64,000 nt of DNA from the UHGV virus genome UHGV-0020835; one strand, 5' to 3'. Below, piece by piece: positions 56,772 through 64,000 of the stretch. How positions within the stretch are numbered: position 1 is the stretch's first letter; each line of letters begins with the position of its first letter. The position numbers and the translations under genes are program-made. A model generated the notes under the pieces. That model saw only the letters and a list, made by a program, of their open reading frames with translations, made no database searches and was not told the origin of the DNA. Source of the DNA: a virus.

Positions 56772-57011
56772 GTCTATCCCCCGCACAGACGGCCCCAGAA
56801 TGCGCCTTTTCCCGTCTGCCGTGTGTTTATACGCCTGGGCATAAAAGGTCGCCAGAACGGCGTTAAACACACTAGAGGCGTGTTGGTGAAGTTGTCTAAA
56901 AATTTTTTGAGTTTTTGTATAATTTGACTGTTGCCAAACGCCGCGAAGTGTGATATATTATAACCATAGCAAGGGAACAATAACAAAGGCCACAGGCCGG
57001 GAGGTAAAGTT

Positions 57012-57260
57012 ATGAAGCAGTATAAGGTTACTCGTGTTTTTACTGATGGCGTAGAACGCAAGCGTACTTTGGATGAAGTAGCTAAAGAGATTGAAAACGA
57101 TAACCCCGAAATGGCTGTCGAGATTACTAGCATGAAAAAAGGCCGTGTTTGGTGCGGACATGCCGAATATCTCCGGTGGGATTTGAAAGTTGATTATTTG
57201 CAGCGCTGTGTCCAGGCTATCGAATCCGATGAATACGGTGTAACTATTACAATGAGATAA
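57012..57260 (+). CDS. hypothetical protein
   Basis: RBS gggaggtaaag; 82 aa. Confidence 0.45.
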   Translation: MKQYKVTRVFTDGVERKRTLDEVAKEIENDNPEMAVEITSMKKGRVWCGHAEYLRWDLKVDYLQRCVQAIESDEYGVTITMR

Positions 57261-57265
57261 AAAAG

Positions 57266-57296
57266 AAGGAGGGGCAAATGCCCCTTCTTTTTTGTG
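57266..57296 (+). terminator. rho-independent terminator
   Basis: gaaggaggggcaaatgccccttctt + tttttg. Confidence 0.6.
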
Positions 57297-57348
57297 TCCA
57301 GACTTTATCACACTAAATCACTAAAGAAAAATTTTTTTAAAAAACCTA

Positions 57349-57377
57349 TTGACAAAACCAGAAAATAACGTTATACT
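57349..57377 (+). promoter_or_regulatory. sigma-A promoter TTGACA-N17-TATACT
   Basis: ttgacaaaaccagaaaataacgttatact. Confidence 0.5.
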
Positions 57378-57577
57378 ATACTTGACCACTCCGGGAAGGG
57401 GCTAAGGAGGGGAGAGAATACCCAAAAACTTTAGCGAAGTAAAGTAATAAAGTAAATGGGCAAAATAGCTAAAAATTTTATAAACTTTTGTCGAAAATGC
57501 CTATTGTAAAATGGCCTTGTATTTGGTATTATAAAGACAGTCCGAGAGGGCAAAACAAAAACAGGAGGTATATAAAC

Positions 57578-57745
57578 ATGATCATGATCGAGGTTAAGCA
57601 CGACGGTAAACACTGGGTTATTGTAGACGGTGAAACGGTGTGGCGCTATGACACTCATGAGGAGGCAATGAAGGACGCGCGGGAGCTTGCGCAAAAGTAC
57701 ATTGATGCAGGGGTGCCACCCCAAGAAGTAAGTTATGGCGATTAA
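57578..57745 (+). CDS. small hypothetical protein (55 aa)
   Basis: Start MIMIEVKHDGKHW with RBS acaggaggt. Confidence 0.4.
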   Translation: MIMIEVKHDGKHWVIVDGETVWRYDTHEEAMKDARELAQKYIDAGVPPQEVSYGD

Positions 57746-57765
57746 AGCAATAGACATCTAGCGGC

Positions 57766-57805
57766 AGGGGCCCCAGTGTATATCGCTGAGGCCCCCTTTT
57801 TTACA
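57766..57805 (+). terminator. rho-independent terminator
   Basis: ggggcc-N17-ggcccc + cttttttt. Confidence 0.55.
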
Positions 57806-57806
57806 C

Positions 57807-57848
57807 TTTAACACGCTAAAGTGTTACAGTTTAACGCGCTAAAGTGTA
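57807..57848. promoter_or_regulatory. two tandem operator-like sites TTTAAC(A/G)CGCTAAAGTGT (each containing ACAC..GTGT)
   Basis: tttaacacgctaaagtgtta / tttaacgcgctaaagtgtaa. Confidence 0.4.
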
Positions 57849-57889
57849 AAATTACGGCCACTCAAACTTTCAAGTTTCCCGCCAATGGG

Positions 57890-58650
57890 TGCACGCATTA
57901 AGCGGAATTTCCCCATTTTCCACCGATATAGTATATGTATATATAGATATATAGATATATGTATTTTGAGATATGTATATATAGATGGATGTATATGGAT
58001 ATTGGCCTAAGTATAGATGTATTGATATATAGATATAAATAGGAATAGATAAGTGGTTAGATAAATACAGATAGAGCACATAAATAAATGTGTCAACAGA
58101 CGAGCTCATGGATAAACAGAATTCTATTTATTTAATATAAATATTTAAGCCAAAACCGTTTGTAAAGGTTTAGATGAAAAATATATGGGTAAATGGAAAA
58201 GGGGATTTTAAGTTGATTTTAATAAGTAATTTAATTAGTCATGTATGGATGAATAAGTATTGGTAATGTGCGGACGAATGAGCGGGCGAAATTATGTGAA
58301 TATAGTATAGGGAAATAAATGAAAAATGTGAATGAAATTGATACTGATTATGTGGATGAATTTGTTTATGAACATGTGAATGAATAGACGAACAGAATAA
58401 GCCATAAATAAATATATAAAAAGTTCTTGACAAACGACAATGTTTATGATAATGTATGTGCAGATGGATTTAGGATAGGTGTATGGATGAATTGTAGAAT
58501 TGAATTTTAGTTTTGGATTTAGAAAATTGATTTTTGTTTTTGAGTTTTAAAAAAATGAATTAGAATTTTGCAAATAAAATTTCAGATTTGAATTTTAAAA
58601 TCGAAAATTGAAAATCAATTTTGAACAACAAAAAATTAAATGGTGAATGC
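57890..58650. repeat. ~750-nt non-coding, C-depleted AT/purine-rich region: DnaA-like box TTTTCCACC, TATA/GATA low-complexity, ~6 ATGTG(A/G)ATGAA iteron-like repeats (58241-58388), GAATT/GATTT low-complexity with palindrome aaaattga-aaa-tcaatttt
   Basis: Only short antisense ORFs. Extreme strand composition bias. Candidate second origin or packaging region. Confidence 0.5.
58427..58455 (+). promoter_or_regulatory. candidate promoter TTGACA-N17-TAATGT (TG-extended)
   Basis: ttgacaaacgacaatgtttatgataatgt. Confidence 0.4.
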
Positions 58651-58661
58651 GAGGTAGAAAA

Positions 58662-58847
58662 ATGGATTTTAATATTAACTTTCCGTGTCACAAATGTAAT
58701 AAGCGTCAAGTTGGATGTCATTGTTCTTGTGTTGAATATTTGAATACTAAAACTCAAGTAAAAAATCTCAAACAAAAACACAAGAAAGAGACAAATATTT
58801 GGTCGGATGTAATGACAACAAGGAGACATATTATTAAGGATTTTTAA
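58662..58847 (+). CDS. small Cys/His-rich (zinc-binding?) protein
   Basis: MDFNINFPCHKCNKRQVGCHCSCVEYLN with RBS gaggtag. Confidence 0.4.
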   Translation: MDFNINFPCHKCNKRQVGCHCSCVEYLNTKTQVKNLKQKHKKETNIWSDVMTTRRHIIKDF

Positions 58848-58848
58848 A

Positions 58849-59457
58849 ATGAAGAATATAAAAATAATTTATAGATTGGGCGTAAGTATATGGGCAGTAA
58901 TTGTTTTAGTTGTTTTGAGTTGTGAATATCAAAAACAATCTGATAATACGATTATAAGATTTCAAAACGAACATCAACAAAATTTGCCCGTATTTTCAGA
59001 TTTTGTATTTGTATATCAAGAAACTGAACCACAAAATTCGTTTCGGATTATCTATTCGGGCTCTTGTATAGAAAAAAATATTGAACTGTCTGATTATGAA
59101 AGATGGATTGTAGAATCTATTGTAGCGGGGGAAGCAGGAAATCAAAATTACGAAGGTAAACTTGGCGTTGCCTCTTGTATTTATAATGCTTGTATTCAAG
59201 ATAGCCTAACACCATCTCAGGTGCAACACAAATATCAATATCAAGGTTGGTATGATATAAATGATTATAACACTCAACAACCAGAGTTAGCATCTGAAGT
59301 TAAACAAGCCGTATCTCAGGTGTTTGATTCAAACAACCCTATTGACAATTCAATTCTTTGGTTTTATAATCCCAGATATGGATATAGTTCTTTCCATGAG
59401 TCTCAGCAATATAAATTTACTATTCAAGAACATAAATTTTTTGCTCCATGGGGTTGA
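58849..59457 (+). CDS. SleB/CwlJ-like cell-wall hydrolase (Hydrolase_2-like) with N-terminal signal anchor; endolysin candidate
   Basis: N-terminal TM IWAVIVLVVLSC. ERWIVESIVAGEAGNQNYEGKLGVASCIYNA...ILWFYNP resembles the SleB-family core. Assignment by eye. Confidence 0.5.
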   Translation: MKNIKIIYRLGVSIWAVIVLVVLSCEYQKQSDNTIIRFQNEHQQNLPVFSDFVFVYQETEPQNSFRIIYSGSCIEKNIELSDYERWIVESIVAGEAGNQNYEGKLGVASCIYNACIQDSLTPSQVQHKYQYQGWYDINDYNTQQPELASEVKQAVSQVFDSNNPIDNSILWFYNPRYGYSSFHESQQYKFTIQEHKFFAPWG

Positions 59458-59670
59458 CAAGATAGAAATTGCGTGGTAAGATATATACAACAAGTCAAAA
59501 GGATGTAAAATTATGATTAAGAAAACTGTTCTTTGTATGTGTTCTATGTTTTTGATTTGGCTGTTAGTCTCTTATATAGACGTGGCACTCAACAACATGT
59601 GTTTTTCACCTGTGTATTGCTCATGGAATTTCTTTTCAATTTTCTTTTAGTTAAAGGGGTGATTAAAATA

Positions 59671-60078
59671 ATGATTTGCGATTCTTTCCATAGGGTGTCC
59701 AATGGCGAAACCGTATGCTGGGGAACAAAAGAATGTGAGAGATGTTATTGTGAAGGCAATAAATCTAATTGCACGTTCTATCCCAAAAAGCACAAGCCCA
59801 ACACGCTAAACACAGCCGAAATGTGGTTAAAGGCACAGACAGATGGTAAGACATATCGAAGTGGTGATATGCTATATTCTAAAAAGACTGGGCTTATTGA
59901 TATGGCAATTCCTGATAGAGCTTGGAGTATCACTGCTTGGGCGGCAAATAAGGATGATATCGAAGGCCAAAAGTATGAACTTGATGACCTGATGAATGAA
60001 AAATGGACAGAGTATAATGTACCTACTATGAAAAGAGAAAAAGCTGAGGTTTTGCTTGGTGTAAAAATTATTGATTAA
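59671..60078 (+). CDS. hypothetical protein (Cys-rich N-terminus)
   Basis: Start MICDSFHRVSNG with RBS aaagggg. The track ORF starts upstream at 59533. Confidence 0.4.
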   Translation: MICDSFHRVSNGETVCWGTKECERCYCEGNKSNCTFYPKKHKPNTLNTAEMWLKAQTDGKTYRSGDMLYSKKTGLIDMAIPDRAWSITAWAANKDDIEGQKYELDDLMNEKWTEYNVPTMKREKAEVLLGVKIID

Positions 60079-60093
60079 ATTTCAAATTTGCTA

Positions 60094-60122
60094 TTGACAA
60101 TACTACGATTTTGTGGTACAAT
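60094..60122 (+). promoter_or_regulatory. sigma-A promoter TTGACA-N17-TGgTACAAT
   Basis: ttgacaatactacgattttgtggtacaat. Confidence 0.5.
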
Positions 60123-60181
60123 TAAATTAACTTAAAAAAACAAACGCATTTAAATTTTACAAACAAAAATGTAAATATTGC

Positions 60182-60210
60182 TTGACAAACCTTAAAACAT
60201 GTGATACAAT
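60182..60210 (+). promoter_or_regulatory. sigma-A promoter TTGACA-N17-TACAAT upstream of tRNA cluster
   Basis: ttgacaaaccttaaaacatgtgatacaat. Confidence 0.5.
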
Positions 60211-60253
60211 TAAATCAAGATAAAGGTTTGCGGTTATCCTTAAACCGCAATAA

Positions 60254-60345
60254 GCTGGTGTAGTGTAAAGAACACCGAGGGTCTTATAAACCCTAGCGCT
60301 CCAGATTAGGGCCGAATGTCGGGGCAGTACCGACCACCAGTACCA
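60254..60345 (+). ncRNA. tRNA-like element (92 nt; 7-bp acceptor stem GCTGGTG/CACCAGT + A + CCA; non-canonical T-loop)
   Basis: Directly abuts the next tRNA. Anticodon-like loop CTTATAA. Fold is imperfect; possible degenerate or type-II-like tRNA. Confidence 0.3.
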
Positions 60346-60423
60346 GGCGCTGTAGTCCAATTGGTAGGAGACAAACGACTTAAAATCGTTACAGTGTGGA
60401 TTCGAATTCCATCAGCGCTACCA
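60346..60423 (+). tRNA. tRNA with anticodon UAA (Leu-type anticodon) but short variable arm; encoded CCA
   Basis: Acceptor GGCGCTG/CAGCGCT. D-loop AATTGGTA. Anticodon arm AACGA-CTTAAAA-TCGTT. T-arm GTGGA-TTCGAAT-TCCAT. ACCA end. Confidence 0.55.
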
Positions 60424-60464
60424 TCCGCGCAAACAATTAAAAATATGAAAAGGAGAGAACTAAA

Positions 60465-60623
60465 ATGACAGTTGAAGAAAAACGAGAGCGGCTAAAAAAT
60501 CTTGCTTTTAAACTGGTAAGCAAATATCCCTATAACGTAATCAGAACTAAGTTGGATAGGATTGGTCGTCAAATTAGAGAAATTGATAATAAGTTTGTTA
60601 AGACCGCTGATTCTGATAAGTAA
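60465..60623 (+). CDS. small hypothetical protein (52 aa) between tRNAs
   Basis: RBS aaaggagag; MTVEEKRERLKNLAFKLVSKYPYN...; not in track. Confidence 0.4.
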   Translation: MTVEEKRERLKNLAFKLVSKYPYNVIRTKLDRIGRQIREIDNKFVKTADSDK

Positions 60624-60740
60624 GGTAATATCGGTTTGGGCCGTTATTATACCAGAAGCCAGTTGGGTTTGGCGGATTTCTTGAAGGCTTCTCAAATAAC
60701 AAGAAAGATGCCGTGGCCACTACGTTAGTGTGGCAAATAT

Positions 60741-60816
60741 GCTGGATTAGCTCAGTTGGTAGAGCAGTTGATTTGTAATCAACCGGTCATCTGTTCAAAT
60801 CAGATATCCAGCTCCA
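60741..60816 (+). tRNA. tRNA-Thr (anticodon UGU)
   Basis: Canonical cloverleaf GCTGGAT-TA-GCTC-AGTTGGTA-GAGC-A-GTTGA-TTTGTAA-TCAAC-CGGTC-ATCTG-TTCAAAT-CAGAT-ATCCAGC-T-CCA. Confidence 0.85.
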
Positions 60817-61007
60817 GACCGCCTATTGGGGTTCTCGTGTTTTATTGTTTTAAGTTGAGAGACCATAAAAACTCTCACACTAAGTCGGCTGACCCACAGT
60901 TGATGAAAGAGAACGAGGTCAAACATCCGTGAAAGTAGGATAGCGGAGCAAATCCACTCCTTTTTGGGAGAGGTTGACCGACTGTCAAATAAGACAGTAC
61001 AAAGCAC
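60795..61007 (-). CDS. hypothetical protein
   Basis: 70-aa ORF in a higher-GC segment between tRNA-Thr and int. Confidence 0.3.
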   Translation of the reverse strand: MLCTVLFDSRSTSPKKEWICSAILLSRMFDLVLFHQLWVSRLSVRVFMVSQLKTIKHENPNRRSGAGYLI

Positions 61008-61224
61008 CAGTCTCGGTTGTAGGGTGCACAGATAGGTGATAACACAGTCCTATCAAATAATCAAACATGGCCGAGGATGAGGAGATGCGAGGTAGGGCGA
61101 ACGAGCTTTTGGCCAAAGCGTGTAGGTCATGTTTGATTATGGGAAATGATAGCGCATGAGCTTGAGTTTTCCTTTTAATCCTTTCCAAAAAGTGAAACAC
61201 CCATTCTATAATCCTCATACTCAC
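60985..61224 (-). CDS. hypothetical protein
   Basis: 79-aa ORF. Confidence 0.3.
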   Translation of the reverse strand: MSMRIIEWVFHFLERIKRKTQAHALSFPIIKHDLHALAKSSFALPRISSSSAMFDYLIGLCYHLSVHPTTETGALYCLI

Positions 61225-61529
61225 TACCTGTTGCCGTAGGTTGGATGAATAAAGGTGAGATTATATGGCGGTGTGATGGAATTAGCAGACATGACAGACT
61301 CAAAATCTGTTGGCAGTAATGCCGTAAGGGAGCAAAGCCCTTCACCGCTACCAACTGTTATGGTTTGTTGACCATTGTTTGAACAACAGTAAAGCACAAG
61401 GGCCTGTGCAAAAGCATAATCAATGGCAGTTTTAATAGTAAAGCTGAAAACTATCTGGGGCTTACATTGTAAGCAAAGCTTCTCAAGGGTTGAGCCTATC
61501 AGCCCTATCCCAAAGCCATGTTTTTCCAT
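61224..61529 (-). CDS. hypothetical protein divergent from integrase (excisionase/regulator candidate)
   Basis: Start MEKHGFGIG preceded by aggagg and a 9-codon upstream mini-ORF. The track ORF extends to 61646 across the int promoter. Confidence 0.3.
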   Translation of the reverse strand: MEKHGFGIGLIGSTLEKLCLQCKPQIVFSFTIKTAIDYAFAQALVLYCCSNNGQQTITVGSGEGLCSLTALLPTDFESVMSANSITPPYNLTFIHPTYGNR

Positions 61530-61604
61530 GGCATGGTTTACCTCCTGTACTTCATAATATACTTCCTTTCTATCACATGGCACGAATTTGTTTAGAAAAA
61601 ACTC

Positions 61605-61633
61605 TTGACAAGTTCGTGCCGTTGTGGTATACT
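61605..61633 (+). promoter_or_regulatory. sigma-A promoter TTGACA-N17-TGgTATACT for integrase
   Basis: ttgacaagttcgtgccgttgtggtatact. Confidence 0.55.
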
Positions 61634-61660
61634 GAAGACAAATCAAAGGAGGTTAATAAA

Positions 61661-62500
61661 ATGATTGAGAGCTTTGTTAATTATATGAAGGCCGAGAAGA
61701 TGTCTGAGTATACTATGCGTGGCTATACCAACCATATCAATCAGATGCTCAAGACCATTAATAAGCCTGAACAGGATATTACCTACCTCGACTTGATTGA
61801 TTGGAAGGCCGGTATTGCTAATCAGGCCAGTGCAACGGTGGCTAATAAGGTTGCTGCTGTTCGGTCTTATTTCAAGTTCTTAGCCGATGCTGGTGTGGTT
61901 GAGGTTGACCCCAGCAAGAATCTCAAGCGCCCCAGCAACATCAAGAGTAAGGAAAAGCCCCGCATGACCGAGGAAGATGCAAGACAGCTTATCTCCTATG
62001 CTCGTACTCCTCGTGATAAGGCCATGTTCAGCTTCTTGCTCTCCACTGGGGTTCGTTTCTGTGAGATGGCCAGTATCACTATCGACCAGTACAAGAAGGC
62101 CAAGGAGAGCAATCGAGAAATTGAACTGCCCGTGACTAAGGGAGATAAGGGTGGTAAGGTTTATATCAACCGGTCTACTGAACAGGCGATTGAGCGTTAT
62201 CTACGTATGCGTGATGATGATTGCCCTTATCTGTTCGCCTCTTTCCAGAATCATAGACTTAGTGATAACAGCGTGTCTCAGACTATTAAATCTGCGGCTC
62301 GTAGGGCTGGATTGAAGTATTGGAATGAGCTTAGTTGCCATGGTCTGAGAGCTGGTTGTGCAACGATTATGAGCGATAAGGGCGTACCAGTGGCCACCAT
62401 TAGTAAGGTCTTACGTCATAGCTCGTTGGCTGTGACTACAAGATATATCAAGGCAAATCAGGATAACGTCAATAATGCTACGGCATTGATGGAATTTTAA
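61661..62500 (+). CDS. int: tyrosine recombinase / phage integrase
   Basis: RBS aaaggaggt. Catalytic residues in ARTPRDKAM..LSTGVRFCE, HGLRAG, LRHSSLAVTTRY (R..H.R..Y). N-terminal SAM-like core-binding domain. Confidence 0.8.
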   Translation: MIESFVNYMKAEKMSEYTMRGYTNHINQMLKTINKPEQDITYLDLIDWKAGIANQASATVANKVAAVRSYFKFLADAGVVEVDPSKNLKRPSNIKSKEKPRMTEEDARQLISYARTPRDKAMFSFLLSTGVRFCEMASITIDQYKKAKESNREIELPVTKGDKGGKVYINRSTEQAIERYLRMRDDDCPYLFASFQNHRLSDNSVSQTIKSAARRAGLKYWNELSCHGLRAGCATIMSDKGVPVATISKVLRHSSLAVTTRYIKANQDNVNNATALMEF

Positions 62501-62511
62501 GGAGGTAAGAT

Positions 62512-63042
62512 ATGAGCAATTTGGCAAAAGATTGGCAGAAAGGTTATTATACTGTTCTGGTGGATGGCAAGACTATTGCAGTGAGCAAAAAGATAAAGAC
62601 TGGAAAGAATGAAATTGGTTGCCCTACCTACAAATACGTAACTGCTACATCTCAGTGTGCCCCCGAAGATGAGTTCAGTCTAAGCATGGGTGTTGCGTTG
62701 TCTATAGATAGACTCAATAAGGAATTGGGCAAGGACAAGATTAAGGTTGGTGATAAGGTTAGGATTAAGAATGCTGGTTCGTTTTATCCAACCCACATTG
62801 ATTGGATTAAGAAGAATATCGATGATGTAGGTTTGGCCGCTTGCTTTGCTTATGAACAAGTCCCTAAAGCTGACGGAACTGAGTATATTGTCAAAGCTAT
62901 TGCTCCTTGGGGTACTGAGTATGTAGGAGGCAAAATGTTGGCTTATGTACAAAAATATTTTGTATTCAATAATGGCAAGGTTGATGATAACGAACCTTGT
63001 TATCTAATGGCTATTAATGGATTGGAGAAGATCTATGAGTAA
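62512..63042 (+). CDS. hypothetical protein
   Basis: RBS aaggaggtaag; 176 aa. Confidence 0.45.
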   Translation: MSNLAKDWQKGYYTVLVDGKTIAVSKKIKTGKNEIGCPTYKYVTATSQCAPEDEFSLSMGVALSIDRLNKELGKDKIKVGDKVRIKNAGSFYPTHIDWIKKNIDDVGLAACFAYEQVPKADGTEYIVKAIAPWGTEYVGGKMLAYVQKYFVFNNGKVDDNEPCYLMAINGLEKIYE

Positions 63043-63322
63043 TTATCCGAAAATGTTGCCAGAGGTTATTGAGGCCATTGAAACTCATTTCTGTGATGAA
63101 AAAGATGTGATGGCCGATTGTATGTTGTATTTGTTTAATGCAACTAGCCGAGAAGAAGACGTTGCTCAACTAATCGAGTGGTTTGAAAACAATCAGAGAT
63201 GTTCACATTGTGGAACGGAACTACAAATTGATAAACACTATGAGATTCATCCAGAATTTGACAATTATAAAACCGAGGAAATTTTGGCGATGTATTGTCC
63301 AGAATGTAGGAGTTATGTATGA
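63035..63322 (+). CDS. hypothetical Zn-ribbon protein
   Basis: Internal start MSNYPKML; CSHCG...CPECR. The track ORF starts at 63017. Confidence 0.4.
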   Translation: MSNYPKMLPEVIEAIETHFCDEKDVMADCMLYLFNATSREEDVAQLIEWFENNQRCSHCGTELQIDKHYEIHPEFDNYKTEEILAMYCPECRSYV

Positions 63323-63624
63323 CAAAACGTGAAAAAGAAAAATATGAGCGCGAGAAGCTCAAACAGATGATTGAAAACAACCCAAAGCTCAAGGCTTTTC
63401 TTGATGCAATGGTTGACAATCCTTCAAGTATGGAGCTAAAGGAAATAATTGAGCCGGTGCTTGCTGATACTTTTGAGAAGATTCGTATGAAGGGTGTATG
63501 GACTGGTTGGTATGCTCATGCATCTCTTTGTCTTGAAAAAGTAAAAGAATGTAAGACACTAGAAGATTGTGTTAAAATGTTTACAAAGGAAGTCCAAATG
63601 GCTGAACAAAAGTTGGGAATTTAA
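63319..63624 (+). CDS. hypothetical protein
   Basis: 101 aa; ATGA overlap with the upstream gene. Confidence 0.4.
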   Translation: MTKREKEKYEREKLKQMIENNPKLKAFLDAMVDNPSSMELKEIIEPVLADTFEKIRMKGVWTGWYAHASLCLEKVKECKTLEDCVKMFTKEVQMAEQKLGI

Positions 63625-63634
63625 GAGGTGGAAT

Positions 63635-63913
63635 ATGGCGCAGGAAACATCAATTGAATACATTAAAGGAGATAGTAAGGCTGCGTTCTATTCTGGTGAG
63701 CCTAAATATCGTAAGCTAATTCATGAGTGGGCTCAGATCCATCCCGACCAAGTAAAAATTCGTTCAGAAGATGATTGTGGTATCTTGGCTTATATTCCTG
63801 TGGGTTGGGTTCGCCCCCCTAAGCCCCCTGTAAAACGTCAAATGACACCAGAACAAAAGCAACTCGCGGCAGAACGGCTAAAGAAGGCCAGAGAAGCTAA
63901 GAACTCTACATAA
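63635..63913 (+). CDS. hypothetical protein
   Basis: Start MAQETSIEY with RBS aagaggtgg. The track ORF starts at 63569. Confidence 0.4.
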   Translation: MAQETSIEYIKGDSKAAFYSGEPKYRKLIHEWAQIHPDQVKIRSEDDCGILAYIPVGWVRPPKPPVKRQMTPEQKQLAAERLKKAREAKNST

Positions 63914-64000
63914 AGTTACTATGTTTTATGGTCTATTTTCAATTTATTTGTCTAAGCAATATAAGTTGATGGGTTAATAACACAGGCCCTTTCTGTGTTA

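Noticed and set aside
53672-57905. Shared 12-mer CGCATTAAGCGG in both origin-like regions as a specific regulatory site
   Set aside because: By rough estimate, chance 12-mer sharing within a 64 kb window cannot be ruled out. It is mentioned only as supporting context next to the DnaA-like boxes.
57930-58400. CRISPR array
   Set aside because: The repeats are degenerate, irregularly spaced and have no unique spacers of uniform length, and no cas genes are present. They look like iteron or low-complexity DNA instead.
60346-60423. Calling the UAA-anticodon tRNA a bona fide tRNA-Leu
   Set aside because: It lacks the long variable arm and has an atypical D/anticodon junction. It is reported as a tRNA of uncertain identity rather than as Leu.

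Overview
This 64 kb window looks like a temperate, Firmicutes-type tailed-phage (or prophage) genome segment. It is AT-rich, has sigma-A-like TTGACA-N17-TAnAAT promoters and strong Shine-Dalgarno sites, and carries XkdX/PBSX-like and SPbeta-like gene content. The modules, in order, are as follows. (1) 1..6255, plus strand: a nucleotide-metabolism and replication block with a RecD/Dda-like helicase (5' partial), the anaerobic ribonucleotide reductase NrdD split by an ~816-nt group I intron that carries an HNH homing endonuclease, NrdG, a ThyX-like ORF and dUTPase. (2) 6348..47695, minus strand: a long late operon. It starts with an 860-aa protein carrying a DFDGD motif, which I call a YonO-like single-subunit RNA polymerase candidate, followed by an HU-like protein, a metallophosphoesterase, small and large terminase, portal, scaffold, major capsid, tail genes, a RuvC-like resolvase, tape measure, a 1336-aa tail fibre whose 3' end plus XkdW/XkdX-like genes lie in a ~1 kb high-GC cassette, a homing-endonuclease-like nuclease, further baseplate/fibre proteins, a holin, a BspA-type LRR protein and a second fibre. 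(3) 47860..63913, mostly plus strand: early/accessory genes (T5orf172, DUF3310, dCMP deaminase, HNH, Lar-like restriction alleviation, many small ORFs), an opposite-strand regulator gene with operator repeats, two non-coding origin-like regions (a cluster of seven DnaA-box-like TTTTCCACA repeats; an AT-rich C-depleted tract with iterons), a SleB-like cell-wall hydrolase, tRNA genes and a tyrosine integrase. The ORF-track coordinates are authoritative. Coordinates I derived by hand for promoters, terminators, tRNAs and repeats may be off by 1-2 nt. All family assignments rest on motif recognition by eye, not on database searches.
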